Positions 20,036 through 29,814 of a DNA stretch of 64,000 nucleotides are shown here, in pieces; position 1 is the first letter of the stretch; the number at the start of each line of letters is the position of its first letter. Below the pieces are notes generated by a model. That model was not told where the DNA came from and did not search any database. It was given only the letters and a program-made list of their open reading frames with translations. The stretch lies in assembly GCA_900753165.1 (NCBI GenBank), contig CAADYC010000089.1, positions 13,371 to 77,370 on the forward strand, read 5' to 3'. A program made the translations under genes and the position numbers. The DNA comes from Clostridia bacterium (GTDB taxonomy: Bacteria; Bacillota; Clostridia; TANB77; CAG-508).

Positions 20036-21320
20036 AGCAAATTTTAAATGGAAGCCAATGTCTAATAAACAATTAAAAGTCTTTACTTGGTGGAATGATA
20101 ATTCACCTATGAAAGACAAAGATGGAATAATAGCAGATGGAGCAGTAAGAAGTGGAAAAACTATAAGTATGGCACCAAGTTTTGTTATGTGGGCTATGGA
20201 AAAGTATGATGGATGTGATTTTGCTATATGTGGTAAAACAATAGGATCCTTAAATAGAAATGTTATAAATACATTAAAGAAACAATTGCATTCTTTAAAA
20301 TATAGATATGAACATAAAAGAAGTGAAAATTTATTAATAGTTAGTAAAAATGGAAAAACTAACTATTTTTATTTATTTGGAGGCAAAGATGAATCAAGTC
20401 AAGATTTAATTCAAGGTATGACATTAGCAGGAATATTCTTTGATGAAGTAGCTTTAATGCCACAATCATTTGTAGATCAGGGTATAGCAAGATTGAGCGT
20501 GGAAGGTGCAAAATTTTGGTTTAACTGTAATCCTAAAAATCCAAACCACTGGTTTAAATTGGAGTATGTAGATAAAATAGAAGAAAAAAATATATTATAT
20601 TTACATTTTACAATGGATGATAATTTGACGTTATCAGAAGCAGTAAAAGAAAGATATAGAAGAATGTTTATAGGAGTATTCTATAAAAGAAATATATTAG
20701 GATTATGGGTAACTGCTGAAGGATCTATTTATACAGTTTATAGTGATAATAAAGAAGTATATTATATAGATAAACCAGACTATGATTTTATACAAATAGG
20801 AATAGATTTTGGAGGAAATGGTTCTGCACATACATTTGTAGCAAGCGGATTAAAAAATAATTATTCTAAATTGACCGCACTAATGTCAGAAAGAATAGAA
20901 GCAACAGGAATGACTCCACAACAATTATATAGTGCAATAGATTTATTTATAGAAAAAGTGCAAAACAAATATGGACAAGTTAGTACAATATATCCTGACA
21001 GCGCAGAACAGACACTAATAAACGGAATAAAAACGATGGTATCTAATAAATATCCATATATAATTGTTAGAAATAGTATCAAAAATGAAATAATAGACAG
21101 AATTAGATGTACAACAAGTTTGATGGCAAGTTGTAGATTTTTTATGACACGAGATTGTAAAACATTAGAACTAGCATTTGAAAATGCTGTATATAATGAT
21201 AAGCCTAAAGAGCAAGGAAAAGATGAAAGACTAGATGATGGAACATCAGATATAGATACACTAGATGCATTTGAATATAGTTGGGAAAGATATTTAAGAC
21301 AATATAGTAGAGTAGCATAA
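19998..21320 (+). CDS. terL: Terminase large subunit
   Basis: Walker A GAVRSGKT, Walker B-like IFFDEV, and a C-terminal nuclease acidic cluster (DDGTSDIDTLDAFEYS). Confidence 0.9.
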   Translation: MEKRRTFGMKKGKANFKWKPMSNKQLKVFTWWNDNSPMKDKDGIIADGAVRSGKTISMAPSFVMWAMEKYDGCDFAICGKTIGSLNRNVINTLKKQLHSLKYRYEHKRSENLLIVSKNGKTNYFYLFGGKDESSQDLIQGMTLAGIFFDEVALMPQSFVDQGIARLSVEGAKFWFNCNPKNPNHWFKLEYVDKIEEKNILYLHFTMDDNLTLSEAVKERYRRMFIGVFYKRNILGLWVTAEGSIYTVYSDNKEVYYIDKPDYDFIQIGIDFGGNGSAHTFVASGLKNNYSKLTALMSERIEATGMTPQQLYSAIDLFIEKVQNKYGQVSTIYPDSAEQTLINGIKTMVSNKYPYIIVRNSIKNEIIDRIRCTTSLMASCRFFMTRDCKTLELAFENAVYNDKPKEQGKDERLDDGTSDIDTLDAFEYSWERYLRQYSRVA

Positions 21321-21333
21321 TAGGAGGAAAAAA

Positions 21334-22731
21334 ATGTTTGAAAGATTAGTAAATTATATAAAAGGAGCAATAAATAAAATGTTTAATACAAGTGATATAG
21401 CAAAAGATTTTAATATAGATATATCTAATAATGATGAAGTATTAAGATTAATAGAATTATGTGCAAATATTTATAATCATAAAGCACCCTGGTTGAACGA
21501 AGATATAAAATCATTAAATGTGGCTAAAACAATATGTGAAAAGGTTGCAAAAGCAGTTACAATAGAATTTAAGTCAAAAGTAGATGATGACATAATAAAT
21601 GAAACATATCAAAGGTTTTTGAAAAATATAAGAACAAATACGGAATATACTCTTGCAAAAGGTGGAATGTTTTTTAAGCCATTTTATAGTAATGGAAAAA
21701 TAAAAGTAAGTTGTATACAAGGAGATAAGTTTATTCCAGTAAAATTTGATAGCTCTGGAGAACTACTAGGAGCTATTTTTATTGACCAAATTATAAAAGG
21801 CAATGATGTCTATACAAGATTAGAATATCAAGAGTTGAATAATACAACTTTGATAATTAGAAATAAAGTATATAAAAGTACGATACATAATAGAAATTCA
21901 TTAGGAAAAAAGATAAGTTTATTTAAAGTTCCTGAGTGGAAAGAAATAGAGGAAGAATTACAAATAGAAAATGTTAATAGATTATTGGGTGGATATTTTA
22001 AAATACCAATTGCTAATTCTGTTGACAATACAAGCCCAATAGGAACGCCGATATTTGCAAATGCTATAAATATATTGGAAGAAATAGACAAACAATTTAG
22101 CAGAACACTATGGGAATATGAGGGCTCTGAACTTGCAATTGATGTGGATGCTACAGCGTTAAAAAAAGATGAAAATGGAAATGATATATTACCGAAAGGC
22201 AAAAAGAGACTTTATAGAAAAATTGATTTTGGAGATGAAAAGACTTGGAATGTATTTAGCCCAGGAATACGAGATACAGCATTGTTTAATGGCTTAAATG
22301 AATGGTTAAGACAAGCAGAAAGTCAATGTGGTTTAGCATTTGGAGTAATATCTAAAATAGAAAATGTAGAAAAAACAGCAACCGAAATAAAATCAAGTAA
22401 ACAAGATTATTATGTAACGGTTTCTGATATACAAAAAGCTTTGCAAAATGCACTTGAAAGTTTAGTTTATGGAATTGATGTATTAATGACATTGTATGGA
22501 ATAAAACATAATATTGAACCAGAAATTTGCTTTGATTGGGATGACAGTATAGTAGTAGATAGTGAAAAGAAACAATCACAGGCATTAATAGAAAAAAATG
22601 CTGGATTAATAGATGATATAGAGTATTTTGTACAAACAAGAGGATACTCCGAAGAAGAAGCAACAGAATATGTAAATAAAATGAAAGAAAGAAGTAAAGA
22701 ACAATTACCACAGGAAGTTGTAGAGGAATAA
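21334..22731 (+). CDS. Portal protein
   Basis: 465 aa immediately after terL. Size and position canonical. Confidence 0.7.
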   Translation: MFERLVNYIKGAINKMFNTSDIAKDFNIDISNNDEVLRLIELCANIYNHKAPWLNEDIKSLNVAKTICEKVAKAVTIEFKSKVDDDIINETYQRFLKNIRTNTEYTLAKGGMFFKPFYSNGKIKVSCIQGDKFIPVKFDSSGELLGAIFIDQIIKGNDVYTRLEYQELNNTTLIIRNKVYKSTIHNRNSLGKKISLFKVPEWKEIEEELQIENVNRLLGGYFKIPIANSVDNTSPIGTPIFANAINILEEIDKQFSRTLWEYEGSELAIDVDATALKKDENGNDILPKGKKRLYRKIDFGDEKTWNVFSPGIRDTALFNGLNEWLRQAESQCGLAFGVISKIENVEKTATEIKSSKQDYYVTVSDIQKALQNALESLVYGIDVLMTLYGIKHNIEPEICFDWDDSIVVDSEKKQSQALIEKNAGLIDDIEYFVQTRGYSEEEATEYVNKMKERSKEQLPQEVVEE

Positions 22732-22734
22732 TGT

Positions 22735-24312
22735 ATGATAGAAGATAAAATACAAAATTCAATAAAACCTATTTTAACCATATATAGTGATTTAGAAATC
22801 GAATTAATAAAGAAAATTGCAGAACATTTTAAGTTAAATGAAGAATTTATAAATTCAGACTATTGGTATTTTGAAAAATTAAAAGAAATGGGTGGACTTA
22901 ATAATGAAACAATAAAGTTATTAGAAAAGTACATCAATAAAACTAAAACAGAATTACTAGATGCCATGGGACAAATAGGAGTTGAATCAATACCTGTCGA
23001 ACAATTAAATATTGCAACACAAAAAAATGCATTATTAAATCCTGAAAAAATTATAAATAGTATAAATATACAAAATATAATAAAACATAGTTATAATGAA
23101 ACAGAAAAAAATTTTTTGAATTTGAATAAAACTATAGAAGAAAAGGTAAAGGAAACATATACAAATATTGTTACAGAAACATACATAAAGACTAATTCAG
23201 GAATATATAGTTACCAAGAAGCGATATTACAAAGTTTAGATAAACTTGGAGAAAAAGGAATATCAATACTTGAATATCAAGATAAAAATGGTTTGAAAAG
23301 AAATTATGACATTATAGGTACAGTTAGAAGAGATTTATTAGTTGCTACAAGAGGACTTGCTGGAAAGGTAAATGAAGAAGTAATAAAAGAAAGTGGAAAC
23401 CATATAGTAAGAGTTACTAATCATTTTGGAGCAAGAACAGGAGATGGAGGACAAGACTATACAAATCATGCTTGGTGGCAAGAAATACAATTTTTCTGTT
23501 GGAACTATGATGGGAAAGCAACAGAAGAAGAAAAAAAATTACCAGATTTTATGGAACACTGCAATTATGGAGATGTTCGAGGAATAGTAGGTATAAATTG
23601 TAAGCATTTATTTACAGTGTGGTATGGTCCATTGAAAAAAGATAAATTAGATTCTACATATAAAGAAAATGAAGAACAATACAAAAAAACACAACAACAA
23701 AGATATCTTGAAAATGGTGTGCGTAAATGGAAAAGAAAACAAGTTATTGCAAAGAAAATTATTGATGAAGAAAATTATAAGAAAGCTAGTTTAAAAGCAA
23801 AAGAATGGCAAGAGAGATTAAATGCATTTACAGAAGATAATGAACTAAAGAGAGAACATACAAGAGAACATGTAAAAGACTATAAAAATATGACAAAAAC
23901 TAAAAAAAGTGATATAATAGTTAAAGAAAAAAGAGCACAAAGAAATGCGTATGCTATATCACAAGAGCAGATTGATAATATATGCAATAATGAATTACAG
24001 AATATAAAATTTCAAAAGAAGCCAGAGTATAATCCAAGAATAGGAGATAATGGAAGAACAAAATATATTGAATATCCTTGGGGAGAATGTAAAGAAATAA
24101 CCAAAATAGAAATAGGAAAACAAGACAAGAACACAAAGGAGTTTTTAATAGACTCTTTATTGCATGAAAAACTAGAAGCTAAAATAGCAAGTACAAATAC
24201 AGATTATTATAATAAATTAAAAAATATAGGTGACTATGATAGACACACATATATAAATAAAATAATAAAAAGATATTTTGATATGAGGAGGTGGAATAAT
24301 GGAAATAGATGA
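22735..24312 (+). CDS. Head morphogenesis / minor capsid protein
   Basis: 525 aa following the portal. Confidence 0.5.
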   Translation: MIEDKIQNSIKPILTIYSDLEIELIKKIAEHFKLNEEFINSDYWYFEKLKEMGGLNNETIKLLEKYINKTKTELLDAMGQIGVESIPVEQLNIATQKNALLNPEKIINSINIQNIIKHSYNETEKNFLNLNKTIEEKVKETYTNIVTETYIKTNSGIYSYQEAILQSLDKLGEKGISILEYQDKNGLKRNYDIIGTVRRDLLVATRGLAGKVNEEVIKESGNHIVRVTNHFGARTGDGGQDYTNHAWWQEIQFFCWNYDGKATEEEKKLPDFMEHCNYGDVRGIVGINCKHLFTVWYGPLKKDKLDSTYKENEEQYKKTQQQRYLENGVRKWKRKQVIAKKIIDEENYKKASLKAKEWQERLNAFTEDNELKREHTREHVKDYKNMTKTKKSDIIVKEKRAQRNAYAISQEQIDNICNNELQNIKFQKKPEYNPRIGDNGRTKYIEYPWGECKEITKIEIGKQDKNTKEFLIDSLLHEKLEAKIASTNTDYYNKLKNIGDYDRHTYINKIIKRYFDMRRWNNGNR

Positions 24313-24529
24313 TATCCTAGAAATACTTTTTGATGGGACCAAAGAAGAAATTGAGAAGGTATTAAAAGAGCAAAAAATATCATATACTTTTGCTGATAAT
24401 TTAGAAGCATATACGGTAAAGAATAATAATACTCTAGAAGTAGTAAGAGGAAGCAAATGCCATTATACACCTAATTGTGTAAAATACTTTGGAAAGGAGA
24501 GTAGTAATGAAATACAAGATAGGAGATAA
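24299..24529 (+). CDS. Hypothetical phage protein
   Basis: 76 aa. Confidence 0.4.
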   Translation: MEIDDILEILFDGTKEEIEKVLKEQKISYTFADNLEAYTVKNNNTLEVVRGSKCHYTPNCVKYFGKESSNEIQDRR

Positions 24530-24659
24530 TGTTGAATTAACAAATGGAAGTATAGTAACAATTACTGATATACAAGGAAGTATAGGTGGAGAACAATGTT
24601 ATATAGCAGGTATATGCCCAATTCCAGAAGAAAGAATAATAAGAAAAATAGAAGATTAA
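24507..24659 (+). CDS. Hypothetical 50-aa protein
   Basis: GGAGAG RBS. Confidence 0.3.
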   Translation: MKYKIGDNVELTNGSIVTITDIQGSIGGEQCYIAGICPIPEERIIRKIED

Positions 24660-24667
24660 TATAAATA

Positions 24668-24805
24668 TTTGAGGTGGCGGAATAGGTAGACGCTAAGTGT
24701 GATAGAAATATCCGAATCGAATAAAATATAGGAGTAACCGTTATCAGAAGTGGCGTAGGAGTGTACACTGGCACTCTATGTTAGGTGCAAATCCTAATCC
24801 TCATT
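24668..24805 (+). ncRNA. Candidate structured tRNA-like RNA (tRNA-Leu-like D-arm and T-arm around an ~85-nt insert)
   Basis: TG-GCGGAATAGGTAGACGC is nearly identical to the bacterial tRNA-Leu D-arm. Also has a TTAGG-TGCAAAT-CCTAA T-arm-like hairpin, a 5-bp acceptor-like pairing TGAGG/CCTCA and a local GC-rich patch. No canonical anticodon arm found. Confidence 0.35.
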
Positions 24806-24828
24806 AAATAATTAAATAGTTAAATTAT

Positions 24829-24857
24829 AGAAGTTCAAAAATGGACTTCTATTTTTT
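24829..24857 (+). terminator. Rho-independent terminator after the tRNA-like element
   Basis: AGAAGTTC-aaaaat-GGACTTCT then ATTTTTT. Confidence 0.55.
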
Positions 24858-24954
24858 ATATTCAAATTCGACTATATGCAAGTCGTGAATAAGTGCATAA
24901 CTACATCGTGAACGAAAAACACGTAAAAGTTCGTAGTAGGAGAAAGGAAACATT

Positions 24955-25539
24955 ATGAAAAGAAAATTTTTAGAAGATTTAGGACTAGAGGCTGATGCAA
25001 TCGAAAAAATAATGATTGAATCAGGAAAAGACACAACAGCATTAAAAGCAAAAGTTGATGACTTAGCAGAACAAGTAAATGTTAAGGAAATTGCTATTTC
25101 AGAAAAAAACAACAAAATAGCTGAACTTGAAAAAGTAGACGTCGAAGCTATAAAAACTTCTGAATATGAAAGAGGAAAAGCAGAAGGTTCTAAAGAAGTA
25201 GAAACTTTCAAAAAGCAAAATGCTTTAGAAAAAGCTTTATCTAAATATAAAGCAAAAGACACTGGTATTTTAAGTAAAATGCTAGATATGGAAAAGGTTA
25301 AATATAATGACAAATTTGAAATCGTGGAAGGATTAGAGGACCAAGTAAACTCTATAAAAGAAAGCCACGATTATTTATTTGATAGTGATAAACCTTTACC
25401 ACATTTTACAGGAAGTATAACACAACCTGGAAATAATCAAATAACAAAAGAGGTATTCAACAAAATGGGATATCAAGAAAGAGTAAAACTATATAACGAA
25501 AATAAATCGTTGTATGACCAATTAAAAAATCAAGAATAA
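24955..25539 (+). CDS. Capsid scaffolding protein
   Basis: Alpha-helical, charged, 194 aa, immediately upstream of the major capsid gene. Confidence 0.65.
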   Translation: MKRKFLEDLGLEADAIEKIMIESGKDTTALKAKVDDLAEQVNVKEIAISEKNNKIAELEKVDVEAIKTSEYERGKAEGSKEVETFKKQNALEKALSKYKAKDTGILSKMLDMEKVKYNDKFEIVEGLEDQVNSIKESHDYLFDSDKPLPHFTGSITQPGNNQITKEVFNKMGYQERVKLYNENKSLYDQLKNQE

Positions 25540-25557
25540 AGAAAGAAGGAAAATTAA

Positions 25558-26550
25558 ATGAGTGAATTAACAAAAATGAATGATATGATAAATCCAGAAG
25601 TAATGGGAGATATGTTAGATGCAAAAATTGAAGCACAATTAAAATTAACACCTTATGCCAAAGTTGATACATCTTTACAAGGTGTGCCAGGAGATACAAA
25701 AACAGTTCCAAGTTGGAATTATATAGGAGATGCAGAAGATGTAGCAGAAGGAGAAGAAGTTGATACAACAAAGATGACAGCAGGAAAAGAAACTTTTACA
25801 ATTAAAAAAGCTATGAAATCTGTATCTATAACACAAGAATCTATAAATTCAGGTTTAGGAAATCCAATAGGACAAGCAGAAAAACAATTAGCAATGTCAA
25901 TAGCAGGAAAAGTAGATAATGATGTCTTAGAACAAGCTTACAAAGCAAAAATGACATCAGGTGATGGAACATCACAAATAGACTATAATGGTTTAGTGGA
26001 TGCATCTACTAAATTTGAAGATGAAGAAGATGGAATTGAAAAAGTGTTATTTATTAATCCAGCACAAGAAGGAACATTGTTAAAAGACCCTAATTTTATT
26101 TCTGCTGATAAATATGAAGCGGGAGTAATGGTTAGAGGAGCAATTGGTAAAGTTGCAGGTTGTCAAGTAAAAAAATCTAAAAAGGTAAGACTAGTAACAT
26201 TTGCAAAAGACAATAGTTCTGGAACAGTAACAATAGATGCTAAAAACTTAAAAGAATATCAAGAAAAAGTAGATCCAACAACAATATTAGAAATTGGAGA
26301 TAAAGTAAAAGCTATTGCTGCAGCATCTCAATATTATGTATGTCCTGTAATAAAAATGGAAGCTGATAGTGAAGAAACAGAATATACAGAAGATGAATTA
26401 CCAGCATTAACAATCTTTTTGAAGAAAGATACATCATTAGACCATGAATGGTTCCCTAAAAAACAAATTCATGATTTTACAGCAGCAAGATATTATGGTG
26501 TAGCATTAACAAATGCTGCAAAGATAGTATTAGCAAAATTTAAAAAATAG
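25558..26550 (+). CDS. Major capsid protein
   Basis: 330 aa after the scaffold. Canonical position. Confidence 0.7.
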   Translation: MSELTKMNDMINPEVMGDMLDAKIEAQLKLTPYAKVDTSLQGVPGDTKTVPSWNYIGDAEDVAEGEEVDTTKMTAGKETFTIKKAMKSVSITQESINSGLGNPIGQAEKQLAMSIAGKVDNDVLEQAYKAKMTSGDGTSQIDYNGLVDASTKFEDEEDGIEKVLFINPAQEGTLLKDPNFISADKYEAGVMVRGAIGKVAGCQVKKSKKVRLVTFAKDNSSGTVTIDAKNLKEYQEKVDPTTILEIGDKVKAIAAASQYYVCPVIKMEADSEETEYTEDELPALTIFLKKDTSLDHEWFPKKQIHDFTAARYYGVALTNAAKIVLAKFKK

Positions 26551-26566
26551 AAGGAGTTGAAAGGGT

Positions 26567-26956
26567 ATGGAAGCATATACTGATTATGGCTTTTATAAAA
26601 GTACATATAAGGGCAACATGCCCCAAGACGATTTTGATAAATTAGTTTTAAGAGCAAGTTACGAAGTACGAAAAAATATTTTTAACAGAAATGTAGGAAA
26701 TTATAAAGATGAAGTACAAATGGCAACTTGCTCTATTACTGATATATTATTAAAAATCGAACAATTAGAAAATAAAAAAGAAACAATACTGTCAACTAAA
26801 ATATTGAAAAGTGAAAGTGTTGCAAATTATTCTAGAACATTTGATACGGCAAGTGTTGACGATATTGATGTAGAAATATCTAACCAAAAAGAAAAAATCA
26901 AAGAAGAATTAAAAAAATATTTATTATTTACAGGATTGTTATATAGAGGTGTTTAA
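26567..26956 (+). CDS. Head-tail connector / packaging-associated protein
   Basis: Position in the head-tail joining block. Confidence 0.4.
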   Translation: MEAYTDYGFYKSTYKGNMPQDDFDKLVLRASYEVRKNIFNRNVGNYKDEVQMATCSITDILLKIEQLENKKETILSTKILKSESVANYSRTFDTASVDDIDVEISNQKEKIKEELKKYLLFTGLLYRGV

Positions 26957-27353
26957 TATGTTTGATAAAGATATAACAATAATAAATAAATATATTGATA
27001 AGGAACATAAAACACAATATAAAGTCAGCTATATTAAGGGATTTTGGAGTTCTAGCAATGGAATATCAATAAATGGTGTATTGTTACAATCAAGTGATAA
27101 TTTAACTGCTGTAATTCTTATAAATGAACTAAATCAAGATAAACAGTCTTATCAAGAACCAAAAGAATTTGAAAAAAATCAAAAAGGATGGACATTAAAA
27201 GAAGATGATTATTTAGTAAAAGGAAAAGTAGAAAATTTTACTACAATAACTAAATTATTAGAAAATGATAGAGATATAATGAAAATAACTAAAGTTTCCA
27301 CAAATGATTTTGGCTCTGAAGATATGTGGAATTTTGAAATAACAGGAGAATGA
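26949..27353 (+). CDS. Head-tail joining protein
   Basis: Overlapping operon gene. Confidence 0.4.
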   Translation: MFNMFDKDITIINKYIDKEHKTQYKVSYIKGFWSSSNGISINGVLLQSSDNLTAVILINELNQDKQSYQEPKEFEKNQKGWTLKEDDYLVKGKVENFTTITKLLENDRDIMKITKVSTNDFGSEDMWNFEITGE

Positions 27354-27354
27354 T

Positions 27355-27807
27355 ATGAAAGTAGATTATATGGTTGCTTTTAGTGGAGTTCAAAAACAAG
27401 AGATATTAGATAAATTTGGAACTAATATAGGAGGCAGAACACAAAAAGTTATTGATAGTAGTTTTATGAGTAATGTAGATAAGTATATGCCACAAGATAG
27501 TAATCAAATGATAACTAATATGTATAGTTCAACAAAAGTCGGAAATGGCGAAATAAACATTAATACACCATATGCTCACTATGTACATGAAGGTGAATTG
27601 TATGTTGACCCTAAAACAAAAAAAGGTGCATTTTATGATCCTGTTAGTGGTAGGTATTGGAGTAGACCAGGAATAAAGAAAATTCCAAGTGGAAAAAAAT
27701 TAAATTACCATGGAGGTTCATTAAGAGGAGACCATTTTGTTGAAAGAATGCTAGCAGACCATTTTGAAGATATTGTAAATGCAGGTCAAAAGGAGATTGA
27801 TAAATAA
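27355..27807 (+). CDS. Head-tail joining / minor capsid protein
   Basis: 150 aa. Confidence 0.4.
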   Translation: MKVDYMVAFSGVQKQEILDKFGTNIGGRTQKVIDSSFMSNVDKYMPQDSNQMITNMYSSTKVGNGEININTPYAHYVHEGELYVDPKTKKGAFYDPVSGRYWSRPGIKKIPSGKKLNYHGGSLRGDHFVERMLADHFEDIVNAGQKEIDK

Positions 27808-28229
27808 TGGCAGAGGAAAAAGCAAAAATAGATAAAATAAGAGATTATATTGCAAAATGCCCATACTTAAAGGAGTTTGCAGAATTAAATGTTGAGTATT
27901 TACAAGACAAAGTAGAAACATATTCTATTAATGAAAACGCAGGATATAACCCTGTTTTAAACAAATTTAGAGTAGGAGCAGAAATGCAATTTTTATTTAC
28001 TTTTGATAGTAAATTATATTGGAACGAAGATATTCAGAATAATATAGATAATTCTAAATTCTTTGAAAATTTTAGAAGGTGGTTAGAAGAAAATAATGAA
28101 AAACATATATATCCTAACATAGACGGGGTATATGAAATTGGAGCAACTACAAATGGTTATATATTTGCAACAAATGCAAATGAAGCTATTTATAGAATAC
28201 AATGTTATTTAAATTATAGTAAATTTTAA
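27807..28229 (+). CDS. Tail completion protein
   Basis: 140 aa upstream of the major tail gene. Confidence 0.4.
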   Translation: MAEEKAKIDKIRDYIAKCPYLKEFAELNVEYLQDKVETYSINENAGYNPVLNKFRVGAEMQFLFTFDSKLYWNEDIQNNIDNSKFFENFRRWLEENNEKHIYPNIDGVYEIGATTNGYIFATNANEAIYRIQCYLNYSKF

Positions 28230-28244
28230 GGAGGAATAAGTAAA

Positions 28245-28742
28245 ATGTCTGTACTAACAAAAATAAATAGAGATGAATGGGTAGATTTTTTAAATGTTGC
28301 AGCAACACCTGAAAAACCAGAATGGGCTATCATTGGTGTTGGTATTACTGATAAATCTACTGATTATAATGCAGAAAAAACAGAAGAAAAGTGGATTATA
28401 AATAGAAATAAAAGTGTAACGATAGATAGTTATGGTCCATCTTCTGGGGTTGAACAAACTGCTTATAAAGGAGACAAAGTGTTTGAATTTGTTGATAATA
28501 TAAGATATAAAATGCTTACGGGAACAGATGCACAAACAACATTATTAGAAATTGATAAGTATAGTGTGACAGAAGAAGAAACAACACCAAAATATAGAGC
28601 TAGATTATGGACCGTATCAATAGAAATAAGCTCAAATGGAGGAGATACGGCAAAAATAAACTATAATATAGATTATAGTGGAGACCCAACTTTTGGAACA
28701 GTTACATTTGAAAAAGGTGTTCCTACATTTATAGCAGAATAA
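28245..28742 (+). CDS. Major tail protein
   Basis: 165 aa beta-rich protein before the chaperone and TMP block. Confidence 0.55.
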   Translation: MSVLTKINRDEWVDFLNVAATPEKPEWAIIGVGITDKSTDYNAEKTEEKWIINRNKSVTIDSYGPSSGVEQTAYKGDKVFEFVDNIRYKMLTGTDAQTTLLEIDKYSVTEEETTPKYRARLWTVSIEISSNGGDTAKINYNIDYSGDPTFGTVTFEKGVPTFIAE

Positions 28743-28750
28743 TTTTATCA

Positions 28751-28795
28751 TTCGACAAAATTCGACTTGAAAATACAACTAAAAGTGATATAATC
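28751..28795 (+). promoter_or_regulatory. Promoter (TTGAAA, 17-nt spacer, TGaTATAAT) overlapped by tandem Spo0A-box-like TTCGACA / TTCGACT 10 bp apart
   Basis: Hexamers and boxes read directly upstream of the moron gene. Confidence 0.5.
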
Positions 28796-28829
28796 TTTTT
28801 ATTATAAAAATAAAAGGAGGAATATCAAA

Positions 28830-29249
28830 ATGTCAATGAAAAATTGTAAAGAATGTGGTGCTGAAATAAGTAGTAGTGCTAAAGTATGCCCTAAATGTGG
28901 TAAAAAATTGAAACATACAGGAATAAGAGTTTTTATAGGAATAGCGATTATTTTTATAGGAATTTGTTGTGCAATTTCTACAACTCAAAACAATATAACT
29001 CCAACTGGAAGTAATATTGTTCACGAACAGGCAAAAGTTACATTAGAAAAATTTAATAAGATAGAAACAGGAATGACATACCAACAAGTAGTGGACATAA
29101 TTGGAGAAGAAGGAACAATTTCAACAGAAAGTTCATATGGAAGTCAAAATATGAAAGTTTACTATTGGTATGCAGCAAATAATATTGCAAATGCGACAGT
29201 ATCTTTTATGAATGGTAAAGTAACAGCAAAAAGCCAAGTTGGTTTATAA
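28830..29249 (+). CDS. Zinc-ribbon membrane protein (moron) inside the tail module
   Basis: CKECG..CPKCG zinc ribbon, one TM, extracytoplasmic domain. Own promoter and own terminator. Confidence 0.55.
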   Translation: MSMKNCKECGAEISSSAKVCPKCGKKLKHTGIRVFIGIAIIFIGICCAISTTQNNITPTGSNIVHEQAKVTLEKFNKIETGMTYQQVVDIIGEEGTISTESSYGSQNMKVYYWYAANNIANATVSFMNGKVTAKSQVGL

Positions 29250-29257
29250 TAATAGAT

Positions 29258-29293
29258 AAACACTTACTGAAAAAGTAGGTGTTTATTTTTTTA
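29258..29293 (+). terminator. Rho-independent terminator after the moron
   Basis: AAACACTTAC-tgaaaaa-GTAGGTGTTT followed by ATTTTTTTT. Confidence 0.6.
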
Positions 29294-29310
29294 TATTAGG
29301 AGAGTGAAAA

Positions 29311-29814
29311 ATGGATAATTATATTAAATTAAAAGAAAAAAAGGATGTATTTAAATTAGGAATTATAGATGAAAATGGAGATATTGTGAGAGATATCAAT
29401 GGAAATGAGGTTTGTTTAGAATTTGATTTAGCAGATATAAAGTTACCTTTAAGATATAATCAATGTGTGAATGATATAAAAAAAGCAAAGATTAACTTAA
29501 AAAATCAAATGGTAATTATAGATAAAAAGCAAGATAGACAAAGAAAAAACTGTTTAAGTATTAATGAGGAATTGAAAGCGAAAGCAATAGAAAAATTTTT
29601 TTATGATACTGAAAAAGCAATGGATTTATTTTTAGGAAAAGGTGGAACAAAAAAGTTCTTAAATGGAAGAAATCCATATTGGGAGATGTTTGATGATTTA
29701 TCTGAAGCAATAGAACCATATATGGACAAAATGAAACTTTCAGTAAATGACATGACAAATAGAATAAAAGAAAAATATAAAATAAAAGAAAGTGATATAT
29801 TAAGAAATGAATAA
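29311..29814 (+). CDS. Tail assembly chaperone (candidate)
   Basis: Position between the major tail and TMP genes. Confidence 0.4.
   Translation: MDNYIKLKEKKDVFKLGIIDENGDIVRDINGNEVCLEFDLADIKLPLRYNQCVNDIKKAKINLKNQMVIIDKKQDRQRKNCLSINEELKAKAIEKFFYDTEKAMDLFLGKGGTKKFLNGRNPYWEMFDDLSEAIEPYMDKMKLSVNDMTNRIKEKYKIKESDILRNE

Noticed and set aside
24668-24805. Calling the tRNA-Leu-like element a bona fide tRNA, or a tRNA with a group I intron
   Set aside because: I could not build an anticodon stem-loop. The T-loop has G at position 54. The insert is only ~85 nt, far too short for a group I intron. It is reported as an ncRNA candidate only.
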